Positions 51,186 through 62,998 of a stretch of 64,000 nucleotides of DNA are shown here, piece after piece. Every line of letters begins with the position of its first letter. Position 1 is the stretch's first letter. Source of the DNA: Glycera tridactyla (taxonomy: Eukaryota); NCBI GenBank assembly GCA_965644265.1, contig OZ286459.1:131006001-131070000 (forward strand). Reading direction: 5' to 3'. A program made the translations under genes and the position numbers. Below the pieces are notes generated by a model. That model ran no database searches. It was not told the origin of the DNA and saw only the letters and a program-made list of their open reading frames with translations.

Positions 51186-52860
51186 ATTTTTGTGTTAGGC
51201 ATCTTCTCCCTCTGCTGTGAAATGCTATACAGAACCCCGGTGGAATAGTTTCTTCTTCCTCAGGCCCTGTCCTATTCCTGTTATTTGATTGTACGTTATT
51301 TTTGTGACCCCCTGTGATGCCCTTTTTCAGTGCCTTTTGATGTAGGATTGAATGGAAGGAGTTCCATGGGTATGGATTTTCTAGGAAAGATCTGTGGCAT
51401 CTGAAATTTTCATCATAGAAACGGTAGTCCCCTCCCATTGCCTCGATTTCTCTTATATCATTCAGATATGTTAACATGTCCATGCCATCTTTTGCTTTTT
51501 GTTGCCAACTTTTCAAAGGATTTTGAGTGTATATTGCTTGGTATGTCATGAAAGCTTCTTCCCAGTCTTGAAAAGATCTTATTGCTTTATGTTTTTTGGC
51601 TATTACAAATTTTCCCGTTTTTCCATCTATCAAATACTGGTTATGGGACATTCTAGCTGGGGCTAATAGTTCTGTGAAATCCACATACCGGTCCTGCCAA
51701 ATATCCAGTTTAGAGTCCCAATCCACATTGTATCCTATAGGAAGTCCTCCCGTGACTATTTGTCTTGGTTCAGGATCACCTAGCCATCCAAAATCGCTAC
51801 TGTTGCCTGGTCTGTTATTATCTCCCGAACCACTGAAAGGTGATCTCATATCCCTGTAATCCATTCTGTTCCTGGGACCCCCTTCTCTATATCCCCTCTG
51901 TCTAGCTGCTTCAGCAAAATTGTCATCCAAACTTGATTTTTGACCATTGATTTTTGATCTCATGGTTTCAAGCATTTGAAATCTGGAAAAATTTTGTATA
52001 TCGGTGGATTCATTGTTCGGGGAAGTTACTGTGTTCGATCCCCTGCTATTTTGCCCACTCTGTAGCCCCCCTTGATTGTTTAAATAGTTACTGCCATTGT
52101 TTCCCATGTGTCTAAATAGATTTCCGTGTGGTGTGGCTGTAAAACTGGTATCTGATGAACAATTTGTATTGTTGTTTGTTTGTTGCGTGTTTGCATTTTT
52201 GGTTGTGTTTGTTTTCATATACAAATCATTCGTACCTGATTGTTCATTTCTTTGTTCCTGCTGGATGTTCTCCGATGTTCTGGGTTCTGATCTTGTTTGA
52301 AGTCCATCGATTTTTGTCTTCATCTCTGCCATAATTGTTGCTAGGCTGTTCATTTGCTCGAATGCTTGAGACATCGTCGACTGGAACTCACTTCGTAGGT
52401 CTTTGATGGGGTTTCTCCTCGTGCTGTCTTCGTTTGACGAGTCTCCGCATGAAAAACCAAAATTCACATTTGCATCAGCCCAGTTATACCCTCTGTTCGT
52501 CCCTTGTAACCTATGTGTACAGCTGCTTGCATTTAATGCATGTTTCCTAAGTTTTTCAAGTTTTTGCCCCATTGTGTCATGTTGGGTGTCCTTCAGAGAC
52601 TGTTGGCTTTCTTCACTCAGCTGTGACATATCCCTGGGCTGTTGTCCACATGGTATTTGGCTTTGACTCTGTGCTTCTAAATCTATGGTAAAAGGGCCCG
52701 ACTGCTCCTCTCCCACATCATTAGATTCAGATATTTGTTGTTCAGCATTCCCCAATGTCACTGGTTCGAAGTCTTTGTCATCTGGACACTTCCCTAATGC
52801 TTCCGGTTTGCGTTTTGGATCTCCCCCTCCACCGTCAACTGATTTCCTTTTTGAAGCCAT
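51025..52860 (-). CDS. gag: Gag-like ORF1 with C-terminal zinc fingers (611 aa from ATG 52860)
   Basis: Open frame; IRSFQDWEEAFMTY block and CIAFHSRGRRCLTQKCGYKHACPKCGNRHPIFMC (CCCH+CCHC) as in DIRS/Ngaro Gag; overlaps pol by 161 nt. Confidence 0.88.
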   Translation of the reverse strand: MASKRKSVDGGGGDPKRKPEALGKCPDDKDFEPVTLGNAEQQISESNDVGEEQSGPFTIDLEAQSQSQIPCGQQPRDMSQLSEESQQSLKDTQHDTMGQKLEKLRKHALNASSCTHRLQGTNRGYNWADANVNFGFSCGDSSNEDSTRRNPIKDLRSEFQSTMSQAFEQMNSLATIMAEMKTKIDGLQTRSEPRTSENIQQEQRNEQSGTNDLYMKTNTTKNANTQQTNNNTNCSSDTSFTATPHGNLFRHMGNNGSNYLNNQGGLQSGQNSRGSNTVTSPNNESTDIQNFSRFQMLETMRSKINGQKSSLDDNFAEAARQRGYREGGPRNRMDYRDMRSPFSGSGDNNRPGNSSDFGWLGDPEPRQIVTGGLPIGYNVDWDSKLDIWQDRYVDFTELLAPARMSHNQYLIDGKTGKFVIAKKHKAIRSFQDWEEAFMTYQAIYTQNPLKSWQQKAKDGMDMLTYLNDIREIEAMGGDYRFYDENFRCHRSFLENPYPWNSFHSILHQKALKKGITGGHKNNVQSNNRNRTGPEEEETIPPGFCIAFHSRGRRCLTQKCGYKHACPKCGNRHPIFMCGNAFRNFSQNTSHQPPARTKTGTSGDTNKGNQAA

Positions 52861-52934
52861 CTGTAACAATTATGTGCTAATGTGCTATGTTTGTGCAAAG
52901 TGTGTGTAAACAACAATAACATGCTCATTCTCGG

Positions 52935-53651
52935 CTACTGCCATATTGGTAATACTTCCGCAAGCCCATTCATACAAGTTAACATTGCTTGTCTCATCTC
53001 GCAAGTGTATCTCTTGAAAAATTTTGAATTCTCTCTGGGATGTATCCCATCGTCGCTCCATATATGCACTAGCGAAGGAGAGTCGTCATTTAGGTTTCCA
53101 AACCAACGTGTATTGTAGAACTTTAGTCCCAAGTTACCTTCGCATGCAAACTCCAATTTCCCATTGAAACGAACCGCTCGTTGTTTGAAATCTTTTGGCC
53201 CAGCTGTTCTATCTAGAACTGACATAAAACCGACCATTTTTATGTCATGCTGTACCCGTAATTTGACCCCGTATTCAAATAAGTCTACTGCTAATTGTCC
53301 AGGTTCAATTGATTTTTTAACCAAGTCATTACTCCCTAAATCAATCAAAACTATGTCGGGAGACAGAGCTGCAATAGCGAAAGCTTCGTCTTCAATGGAT
53401 ACTGCATTGTCGTATGTTTTTATAAGAGGCCGTGACCTGAAATCGATCGTCTGTATGCACCTGTCTAAGTTGAGTAGCGACGCGTTGATTTGTCCTCGTT
53501 TCGCTTGACCAGAGTTCACCTGTTCGACTAATCCCAAGTTTTGTATGCGGCGCCATAAATCATCGTCTTGTCTACGCGAGAAAGAATGACCGAGAACCGT
53601 CAGCTTGGCTTTCCGCCCTAACCAATCCTCTACTTTAATATATTGTGACAT
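52935..53651 (-). CDS. SGNH/GDSL hydrolase ORF of the retrotransposon (238 aa from ATG 53651)
   Basis: Block I VLGHSF, block III LGSNDL, block V DDGIHP; catalytic Ser/Asp/His and oxyanion Asn all present. The ORF track start at 53759 lies upstream of the predicted TSS. Confidence 0.88.
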   Translation of the reverse strand: MSQYIKVEDWLGRKAKLTVLGHSFSRRQDDDLWRRIQNLGLVEQVNSGQAKRGQINASLLNLDRCIQTIDFRSRPLIKTYDNAVSIEDEAFAIAALSPDIVLIDLGSNDLVKKSIEPGQLAVDLFEYGVKLRVQHDIKMVGFMSVLDRTAGPKDFKQRAVRFNGKLEFACEGNLGLKFYNTRWFGNLNDDSPSLVHIWSDDGIHPRENSKFFKRYTCEMRQAMLTCMNGLAEVLPIWQ

Positions 53652-53725
53652 GGTGAATACTATGCGATTATTACCTAGCAACAACAACAACAACAATGGA
53701 CAACGAAATTGACAACGTGTTTTAC

Positions 53726-54045
53726 CTTCGAAACGCAGCCGAGAATGAGAACGAGTCATTGCAAGAGTCGCCTTATATACCCCCTATCATACTCCCTCTG
53801 GTGTTTCACACAATTCCTAAAACATAGAACTTTTTCATGTACAATTCATCACAATTATACAATCCTGCCAAATATGTACATCAATCAAATGATCATCAAA
53901 TAATTGTGAATAGAAATAATTATTGAATATCCATATCATACATGAGTGCCCTCTCTGGTTAGGTCCGTTCAAAGTTTCACTTCCCTAACTTAAACCCTTA
54001 TCTTTGTTCGCAAAAATAAAATTTTTTGGGAAAACAATTTTTGAT
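53726..54045 (-). repeat. Split direct repeat A1 (320 bp)
   Basis: Copy of 47484-47803. Confidence 0.97.
53743..53779 (-). promoter_or_regulatory. Pol II core promoter in repeat A (TATA box + initiator)
   Basis: Minus strand TATATAAG at 53779-53772 and TCATTC at 53748-53743 (A at 53746), about 31-33 nt apart. Confidence 0.65.
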
Positions 54046-55249
54046 CTGTGGTATGGGAATAAGTAGCAACAGTCTGCCAGTGACAGATGTGACCCCCCCC
54101 CCCCCCGATGGTTTCTGTCTACTTATCGTTTGAATTCTATCTGATGACTCGCATAAATCTCGTCACAGTTTCCCACTTCAAGGAACTATGAAACATTGGA
54201 TCCACTCCAAGAATTTGAGCAAGAACAGCCAACAGTACCAATCTTAGATGTTGTTGGCCATTGTGAATGCAATGGCACTATGAAGATGGGACTGCGAATT
54301 CGAGCCCGTTTCCAAAATCAAGCTTGGTACACTATAATCTGTCTCACTGCAACATAGGTCACCACTTTATTTCACTGGCTAGCATCTTTGTGCTGAAGTG
54401 AATGGCATTACCAGCAACACGCAAGCGGTCATTGCAGCAGTCTTATCCATCAACAGGCTGACAGGAAGTGAATGATCCCGCGATCTATGGGCTATATAAG
54501 TCACGCCTTCGCGCTTGCTACTCTGCATAAATTTAGCGATTACTCCTCATAATGGCACTCTTTATTTGAACATGTCGGATGCGTATTTGTCCATTGTGAA
54601 CTCATCTAACCTCTCTCTACAGAGCACAGTAGATGTCTCCTACACTAGGTGGACATTCTGCAGCTCACTCACCTCCACGTAGTGCCTTCGTACCATCCAA
54701 AGCGAATGCCACATGTGATCAACATTTCAACAAACAAGCTTTACTTGAAATTTCAGTTGTTCTCTGGTCGTTGACCAGATAAATAGTGCAACCACTTCAG
54801 GCTCGTCGATCATTGACAGCGCTATGACTCCCCGACCGAAGAACAATAATCTGTTCGAGGTTTGAAATTAAACAGGCTCTCTGCACTCAAAGATGTATGA
54901 CATTAGTGCAATGTGATCTTTCTATTTGATGAATCTTTTCTGCAGAGAGAAGTGATCCGAGATGATCACTAAACATTACCCTGGATAGGGGTATGTTTCA
55001 CCTACATCAATTCAATTCTACTTGGCTTGGTTTGAGTATGCCCTGCGCATACATGACCAATGTTCAGGTTCTAGAATCCATAGCCTATCTATTGTCTTAC
55101 ATTAGTGAGGGTACCTAATGCTGAAACCTTCTCCACAATCACACAGCCTGTCGACAGCCCTTCTTCGGCCAATCATAATTCACTTAGGACGTGATGTGTC
55201 ACATTTCCCAGAGGATATTCTTTACGAAGGGGTGTGTCTATCCTCAGCT

Positions 55250-56150
55250 CAGAACTCTATCTTTGAGATAACATGTTCAAGGAGTGCATGATGTCTTAGG
55301 TGCGAAAGGCTTGTCATATATGGAAATCTGTATGCACTGTATCCACTGCCGTTCTACGCAAATCAGTAGTGCTACTTCTCTGTTTCAGCATTTTCAATTC
55401 GATATTACCCAGTAATGTTCAAGAGTTGTTAAACCCAGACAAACCACCTGGAAAAAAGCTCAGAAGGGTCTTCCCGCAATTCTATGACTTAGCCACACAG
55501 ATTAACTGATCATGCCCTGTGCATCAGGCTCACATATTTCACCACCTTCAATCCTGATATGAAGCCTGGGGAAGCGCTACTTTCTTCAAATTTGATGTCC
55601 AGTATGGTTTTGAGATACAGATATGAGGCGGAAACATATTCTCCTGTCGATGTGGGAACTATTATCACCTGCATAGTCGAAATGACTTTTAGCAATGTAA
55701 AGTTCTTTTTGTATAATTCATTATTTTTCCAGATTCGATATTGTTATCCCATGTACTGAAAGAAAGCTCTATCGACTTGAGCATATGTGACTCGCGCGAT
55801 ATAGTGAGGATGGATTGGATGACAAAGCAATGAAAAAATAAGATTCTGGGCCTATTGCCAGGCGATTCGATACGCTCATATAATAACCAAATATTAGCAC
55901 TCAGAGGTGGGTATTCAATCATCATAAATGTCAACCAGTATATTTGAGGAAGGTTCCCTGTGAGAGCATGTGCATTGCTTTCGAGCAAACTAAGAACAAG
56001 TGGACCTGCAAAGAGCTATGATTGTAGATATACTAGACAAAGTGGAGTTTTTATGGGTTGTATACAGTAGGTATAGCTTACCGAGTCATCAGCATCGATG
56101 ACTGGTCGAGTGTCTACATCGAGGACTTGATTACCATAACAATGACGGAT
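55250..56150 (-). mobile_element. Decayed non-LTR RT relic (tentative)
   Basis: Fragments resembling GP.LF (GNRPRILF), YAD (VTYAQVD) and YKYLG..LD.KL (YLYLKTILDIKF) occur in the expected order; heavily mutated. Confidence 0.4.
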
Positions 56151-57737
56151 GATTCCATGAAGAAGCATCCTCAAAGAGGTCTGTCATTGAATGGAGAATA
56201 AATCACTATCACTGGGTATGCAGTGCTTATCATGCGCAGACGTCGTGATTGTTAGCACACCCGACAATCGCTGGTCATTCAATCTATCCCCATTGAGCAT
56301 GCACCCTCCCTGATCCATTCTTCCTCAGTACACTGTTCCTCCAGGAAATCTCGTAATCTCGTCACTTTGACTTCTCTTGATTCTGCTACATTCATGATCT
56401 CTCCATGGAGAGGAGGAACTATGTTCACATCAAGGTAAAACCAATACCAAAACGCATAACGTGGAAAAGCTGTTGCTGTAATTCACGTTGTCTCACCAGA
56501 GTATCTAATCCAAAGACCAACGTGTTGATCCTCAATTTAGATGACACGTACGACCATTGTGAATTTTCTGCGTTGGATATTGGTTGGTTTCAATCATTGA
56601 TTGAGATCGGACGTTCACCATGTGATTATGTCTAAATCAGCCATCTCAATGATTTCCGGACATATCCTCCTGATCAACAATAGAGATTGAAATCATCATG
56701 TCCCTTCATATGTTCCCCCATACCCAGACATAGGGAGTGATCGAAATGAATACAGCCTGATGAACTTGACAGGTGAGGGTAGTGAATCTATAAAGGATCA
56801 TTCTTCTTCGTTGAGTCGTATCATCTGTGAATAGTGTGAGCAGTAGCGAATCTTCGTAGGCAACATGGAGACTGTACAGCAGACATTCGACCTGTGTGAG
56901 TGACTGAATATTCCACTAGATGTATACGTAACCTGGTCCTTGAGGACGTTACTCCGAAAAACAATAGTGAGGAACGTTTCATACCAAGACATGAGCTTGG
57001 TATCACGACCTCGCGAACTCTTTCAGGAGAGGCTGCAATGGGTTCTTGTTGAGATGCTGAAGCCTGACAGCTCCAAATGAAGTGATGAATTACATTTTTT
57101 TTATTCCCGAGGCTGGCCATGCCTAGAATGATCTAGTATGCGTTATTGTGTGATATCCACGGGCATATATGTCTCGAACTGCTTCTTTAGAGCATTACCC
57201 ATGCTTGCACTCACGGTCCCGCCCCGCATTTCTACGTAGGAGCTGCGGTAGATATGAGTGGAAATAAAACTGCCAAAATGCTGATTAAAGATTGCTTTTC
57301 CGCACAACTCATGCTTCATTATTCTTCGTCCACACACCATAAATGTGCTCCGCAAAAGACTCAATTTTCAGCTACGGGATATGCTGAAATGGTGTGAAAT
57401 CTTCCCCGCATATCACACAAAAAACTTCACATCGTCAAAGCCCACAACCTCAAAACTACGAACACGCATGCACAGTGGACAATATTCAGTGAACTGATAC
57501 ATGCTTTGAAAGCTGAAGGTGATGGTCGGAAGTGAAGCGAGGGGCAGAAATGGATGGCCTGCCGACATTCACTTTTTGCTACCGATGAAGTGATAAAACT
57601 CGTGATCTTCTCTGACCACATTAGGATTGATGATGTCCTAAGCTAAGACCATTATGGTGCTATACAATCGTCTACCAGAAGATAAACCTGCTATATCCAA
57701 TTAGAAGGCGGCTTACACCTTAGTTCTCCACCTCCAC

Positions 57738-57749
57738 ACCACCACCACC

Positions 57750-57820
<71 letters not shown>
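57738..57820. repeat. Compound (CAC)n(CAT)n microsatellite
   Basis: Direct inspection. Confidence 0.95.
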
Positions 57821-58899
57821 TATCCTTGGCCAATCGGATTCCTAATGAAATGATCACAGCGTGACATTTTGTTCAGAGTGGAGGCAATGTGAATGAATCC
57901 TATGGTAACTAAGTACCACCATGGCGACCATCCATCAGATTCTTCAACAGTCAGATACATTTATAGTCATATTTTCCATTAAATATTTAGGGTCACTGTA
58001 TAATCTCAATATGTTTGCACATTTGTGTAAAAGGTAGTTAGGTGCTGGTTGGTCCTTTCTACTCCGGCCAGTATCACCAGAATCGATGCTGTTGCCTACA
58101 GGAGTGCACCTCCGGGTGCCATCTGCATATCCGTAATTGCATCCAAGTGAGGAGTGAGAAGCAATCGAAAGACAGGCTTTGCTGGCCATGCATGAGGGCT
58201 ATGGTAGTAAGAAGGTAATTGCAATGATATCTTCATTTCCTGCACATAATGTCTCCTCATGAGAGTCACTGTCTATCGAATGCCTGTGCTTCTGTTCACG
58301 TTGTGAGGAATTCAGGGCTCCCAATTTGGTAGTGTACGTCGGAAAAACCGTGATGCACAAGGAGATCAAGCTCTGTTATGTGGATTTCGATTTTGAATTG
58401 CATATCGTCAGAGATGCAGTACAATACTGCCATTGGGATGCGGTGAACCTGACCCACCCAGGAGCATCCTTGCCATTTGTTTACCTGACATATTGATAAC
58501 CATGGCATATCGTGTTGAAGCGAATTACTTCATGACAATAAAATGGGAAAAGGTCGAGCTCCTGCTCTGCTCTACATTTACGTAGTGAGATATGGGTTGA
58601 TCAAATAATCAACCCTCATATCTAGTATTGAAAACTATGTAATGGATTTTCAATCATCTATCGCATTTAATCGTGTAATCTCCGTTATGTGAAGATGACC
58701 TCCTGATCACCAGTCGTATTGGGGTCACAGTTCGCCAAATTTCAAGTCCCATGTTACAAAAGAGTTCTTGGACTATCGAATCTTTGAATTGAAGAGAGTA
58801 TAGGATCTGGGTTATTTCCTACATCTGATACTTTTCTGGAGTATCTGAATTTATTCAGTAAAATGCAAGGAGACTGGGTATGACATACGCATCCATATT

Positions 58900-59450
58900 A
58901 ATTATGATGTTATCATCATTCCGTACTGGCTCATGAGAGAAGACCAGATTGCCATAACAACATACAATCGAAATAGTTGCCTGATTTCCACCATGATGTT
59001 TCACCGACAATGATTGACATGAAGCAAAACAGTGCTACCCACACTCATTCAAAGTATGCCCAGGAAAAAATGATCATACATGATTCATCTGTGGTGTGGG
59101 AGCAAGTGGGTGTTGATGGAGAGCATGTACAACCATTCATATTCCACTTGATGGTCCTTCCATGGGACCTCATGATGCCTCTATTATTTTACCAGGGGAC
59201 GGGTTTCAACAAGCAGTGGCACTTATTGAAGGAGCACCATCAATCGGTTACTGGCACAGGACACGATATATGTTGTGGTGTATTCATTCTTGTTTGGTCA
59301 ATAAACAAGTTTCTGACAATGCTCAAGGCAGTACCATGCTGAAGAACAGTTGCAGCGACCTTCGAGCTTGCAAAGTTGTTAATTTCCTGAACAACTTTGG
59401 GTAATGGTGCCCACTTCGAAGGGCAATATCATGTTAGGGAATGTCGGAGA
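58900..59450 (+). mobile_element. Decayed Gypsy-type integrase relic
   Basis: YWLMRED (cf. YWPxM..D), KYAQEKMIIHDSSVVWEQVGVD (cf. QKEPLxxH..PW..VGxD), NGAHF (cf. DNGPQF) in correct order; may extend from about 58250 to 60300. Confidence 0.45.
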
Positions 59451-61219
59451 AGATGATGAATTCTAGTTTGTGCCGTATTTATTCTGATGCTACTCATTCT
59501 ACACACTGATTTGTGTTAGTGAATGATTGGATCACTGTGCAGTTTGGAAAATGTGTCCATTCGTTGAAGTATCCCACTCGATTCTTCGTCAACTGTGTGC
59601 AATTTGTGTGGTTTCTTTTCAATCCTCATTATCTAATCTAAGCAATGTGACTGTTGCTTGTCATAATAGAAGCTGAATGATGCAGATTGCTGGTGAGCAG
59701 GCCAGATGATGTCTACCTGTGGTCTGTCAGTCCCGCTCACACTTTGCCATCATCAATATTCCCACGAAATTACCTGCCAGATGGCCATCGCCTGCCAGAG
59801 ACCAAGAAAGTGACACCCCTTGTGATATTTCTCAGTTCGTATTACTTATGAGGACAAATATAGATTTTGTTTTCGTATATCACTCAATGAAGCATTCATC
59901 GGTAGCTTAGTATATTATTCTCAAAAGAATACCTAATAGAAGTACCTAATGTCTAAACTTAAAATGAAATAGGCTTCCGATTGCTGTCTGACACTGATGG
60001 CAAATACCTCAAATCCGACCACCCGACCAATAAAAGATATCTTGACTGATTACTCACGATGACTTCGACGTGCGTCCTCAGCTTGTAAGGCCACTTTAAA
60101 TCGAGAGGAGAAGATATCAAAGTGTGTGACGTAGACTCGCTGGCGTATCAATTCCACGATCACGAATGCCGATCGATACACCTGGGACAAACTGACAACC
60201 CACAAGTGTACAAAAGCAAATATCTTGAGATCCGACTTATTCATGGACATGATGAAGCCATACATATTCATGGCTCAAACATGAAAGGAAAGCTACTTCT
60301 GCACCATGTAAGAGCCACAGAGAAATATGGTTCTTTGCTGAAATTCAATCAATACCCCTTGCACTGAAACCCACTTCTGACCCATGATCACAAATTATAG
60401 GTGAATGTTTGGTCAGTATATCACACTATTCAAAATACAAAGGATCTCTTTGAACAGATTGACACCAGAAATATCCCCGAATGATTCAGAGATTGGCCAA
60501 TCCGAACCATATGATTCTTGTACATGTTTATTCAATTATAATTCGAAGGGGTGAGGAGGACGGGACTGACGTCTTCTAAGGACGGCTAGATTTCTGGTTA
60601 GATGTTAGTCAAAAATAACGTCACTAATATGAATTATATGACATTGCAATTTGCTATTCCCAACCAAACGTCTGAGGAAACAAAATATAGAGCATTGTGA
60701 GATATGATTGCATGTGTATGAAATCACATGGCCCTTGCAAAGCGAATTAATTTTCTTTTTCGGAAGCACATCGACATTCCATCGATGACGTAAAGACACC
60801 GATTGTAGCGAAAAAGGATAACACACGTGTAATGTTTTTCCGCTAAAATTGTAAAGAACGAGGGTCACGAAGAACAGGAAAAAAAAATCATGAACCGGAA
60901 GAGATCACAGCAAAACAAATAGGGTACGAAGATTAGAGGATCGCAACAGATGCTCTCAACCAGATCGCCGGCAACGGCAGGTTTCTGGAGAAACAACAAT
61001 TATCCCCAGCTATCATGAGCTTCAGCAAAACCCTGTCCTTTCTAATTACAGTCTCTGTCGCATCATCTGTGAAACAAACTTCCTACTTAAATGGCTACAG
61101 GTGTGCTTCTGTGATTGGCAAGTAAATCATCGTCTGGGTACCATGGTAACGTTGCTTGAAGTGAGGAGGAAGTGACTATCTACCTGTAGACACAGAGGTG
61201 CATTATCTAATATACACAG

Positions 61220-61430
61220 TAGTACAACCGACCCCACTCGACATGACAATATTGACGATGTCGACGATTGCATGGACGACGACAACCATGATGGCGGAAT
61301 AACAACCGCGACGGCAGTAGAGACGATGACAGCGCTGATTATGGAGACGTATACAATCATGATAAACATTACGATGGCAATGACAACAGCAATGGTGATG
61401 ACGGCGACGGCAACACTTACAGCAATGGTG
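61220..61430. repeat. GAC/GAT-rich low-complexity tract
   Basis: Degenerate triplets giving M/T/V-rich spurious ORFs. Confidence 0.7.
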
Positions 61431-62998
61431 TGTGGTATATTTCCCCACATCCGAACCTGGCTGATCGGTTCCGATGTTGTATGCTCGATATCCGATGATA
61501 ACGGAACAACATGCCAGGTCCTTGAGAACCTGTTTCACTCTGTTTGCTCACTTCACTTTCCCGCCATTTCATGCATTTGTAGGTCACATTTGCCAAGAGA
61601 TTTCCCATCGAAAGTGTGACAATCATGGGTTCTGCCGCCGCAAAAGTCAAGAAACCCTGTCCAATATATCTGTTTCTGTTGGATGAACAGAAAGGGTACC
61701 GGGCAACTTCGAACTTTGGCTGTGATGAGGACATTTGTGACCTAGAACGGAGGCTTTCATTCTGGTTTGCTATGATATCGACGACAATAATGATGACCAT
61801 GCTGATAGCGGTGAAGAAGGTGGTTTCATAGAGGATTTGATGTCGGCAGTGCCACAGTGGTAGTGATGCAAGATAACCATAACAATTGAGCATTGGTTGC
61901 CTCGAGAGCCCATTTATATATGCGCTCATCAACCTTGCTTAATCGTCAGCTTTTCCGGGATTCACACGGAGATCCTCAAGTCCGGTGTCTGTGCAATCAC
62001 CTTTCTTTACGAGAAGATATAAAGCGAAGTAGCGGCTTTAGTCCCGTTCCGAAGACTGGCACATGTTCAGGGCTATGAATAAGAAATGCGCTGGATAATG
62101 GAGAAAAGACGATCTATCGGTGTAAGGACGATACCAACAATGAATACTTCATCCCTGGCGTTTCTATCACCCCGATTCGTGGCAAGAATATCCCGGATTT
62201 TCTTGTTTCATCAATCCCCAGATGATATGAAGTTGGATATCTGAGGCTGTCCAGACTGCGGGCCTGATACATGTCTGTCTCCGCTCAACCCAGGGTACCG
62301 TTTTTACTGGTCCAATCGTAACAATATCTCTAGCGTTGTGTGGTCCTGAAGTCTCACCGCTTTTTGTATGTATGAGAATACATCGCCTATTCTTCCGTGA
62401 TGCTGCACATTGCTCATCTTCGATTGTTTGCATATTTCAACTCAATAATTGCGCGCTGTTGGGTGTATATCAGAATCTCATGCCACCATGGTAGCACATC
62501 AACTTCACTCGGTGAGTCATACACAGCATTGATACGGAGTCTTCGCAAAAACGTCAGATGAGAATTTCTAAAAAGAGCATTTCCAGTGCGGATGAAAAAG
62601 TTTCTATTCGTCTACTCTCATCACAGGGAGCTGCCTATATCACCTGGGCTTGAGTGACATTTACGAAGTAGGCGATATTAGTCATACAGTCACTTCCGAT
62701 ACCCCATTCATCCTATTACTCGACAGATAGTTACAATCACTTGTACGAAATAAGTAACACCCATATTATAAACAGGCAGTTACACTATTATCCATCATAG
62801 ACACAGTCATAAATCTGTCCATCAAATCAAGTTGACACTTCATAATAGTGATTTTATTTCATGTATTTTTAACAAGCTGACAGACACACCCTCATTAACC
62901 GAATTGTGTTTTCCCTAATTGGGCTCACGGTATCTGAATATCTAGGATTGACATCAGTGGATAATCTTGAGTCGAATCACCTACATTCAAATCAGTAA

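Larger units (their letters stand above)
46686..54045 (-). mobile_element. Full-length tyrosine-recombinase retrotransposon (DIRS order, Ngaro-like) with split direct repeats
   Basis: Element orientation: A1(54045-53726)-SGNH-gag-RT/RNaseH-YR-B1(48566-47802)-A2(47803-47484)-33-nt spacer-B2(47450-46686). No methyltransferase ORF between RNase H and YR and a hydrolase is present, which fits Ngaro better than DIRS1/PAT. Confidence 0.95.

Noticed and set aside
49041-53508. Several + strand ORFs overlapping YR, pol, gag and SGNH
   Set aside because: Short antisense shadows of real minus-strand coding sequence.
53652-53759. N-terminal 36 aa of the SGNH ORF (with poly-Leu that looks like a signal peptide)
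   Set aside because: ATG 53759 lies between the TATA box and the predicted TSS, and the poly-Leu comes from an (AAC)n microsatellite; ATG 53651 preferred.
59080-59140. Minus-strand CTC-x6-CSH resembling a SWIM finger
   Set aside because: The + strand gives a more coherent ordered set of Gypsy integrase motifs.
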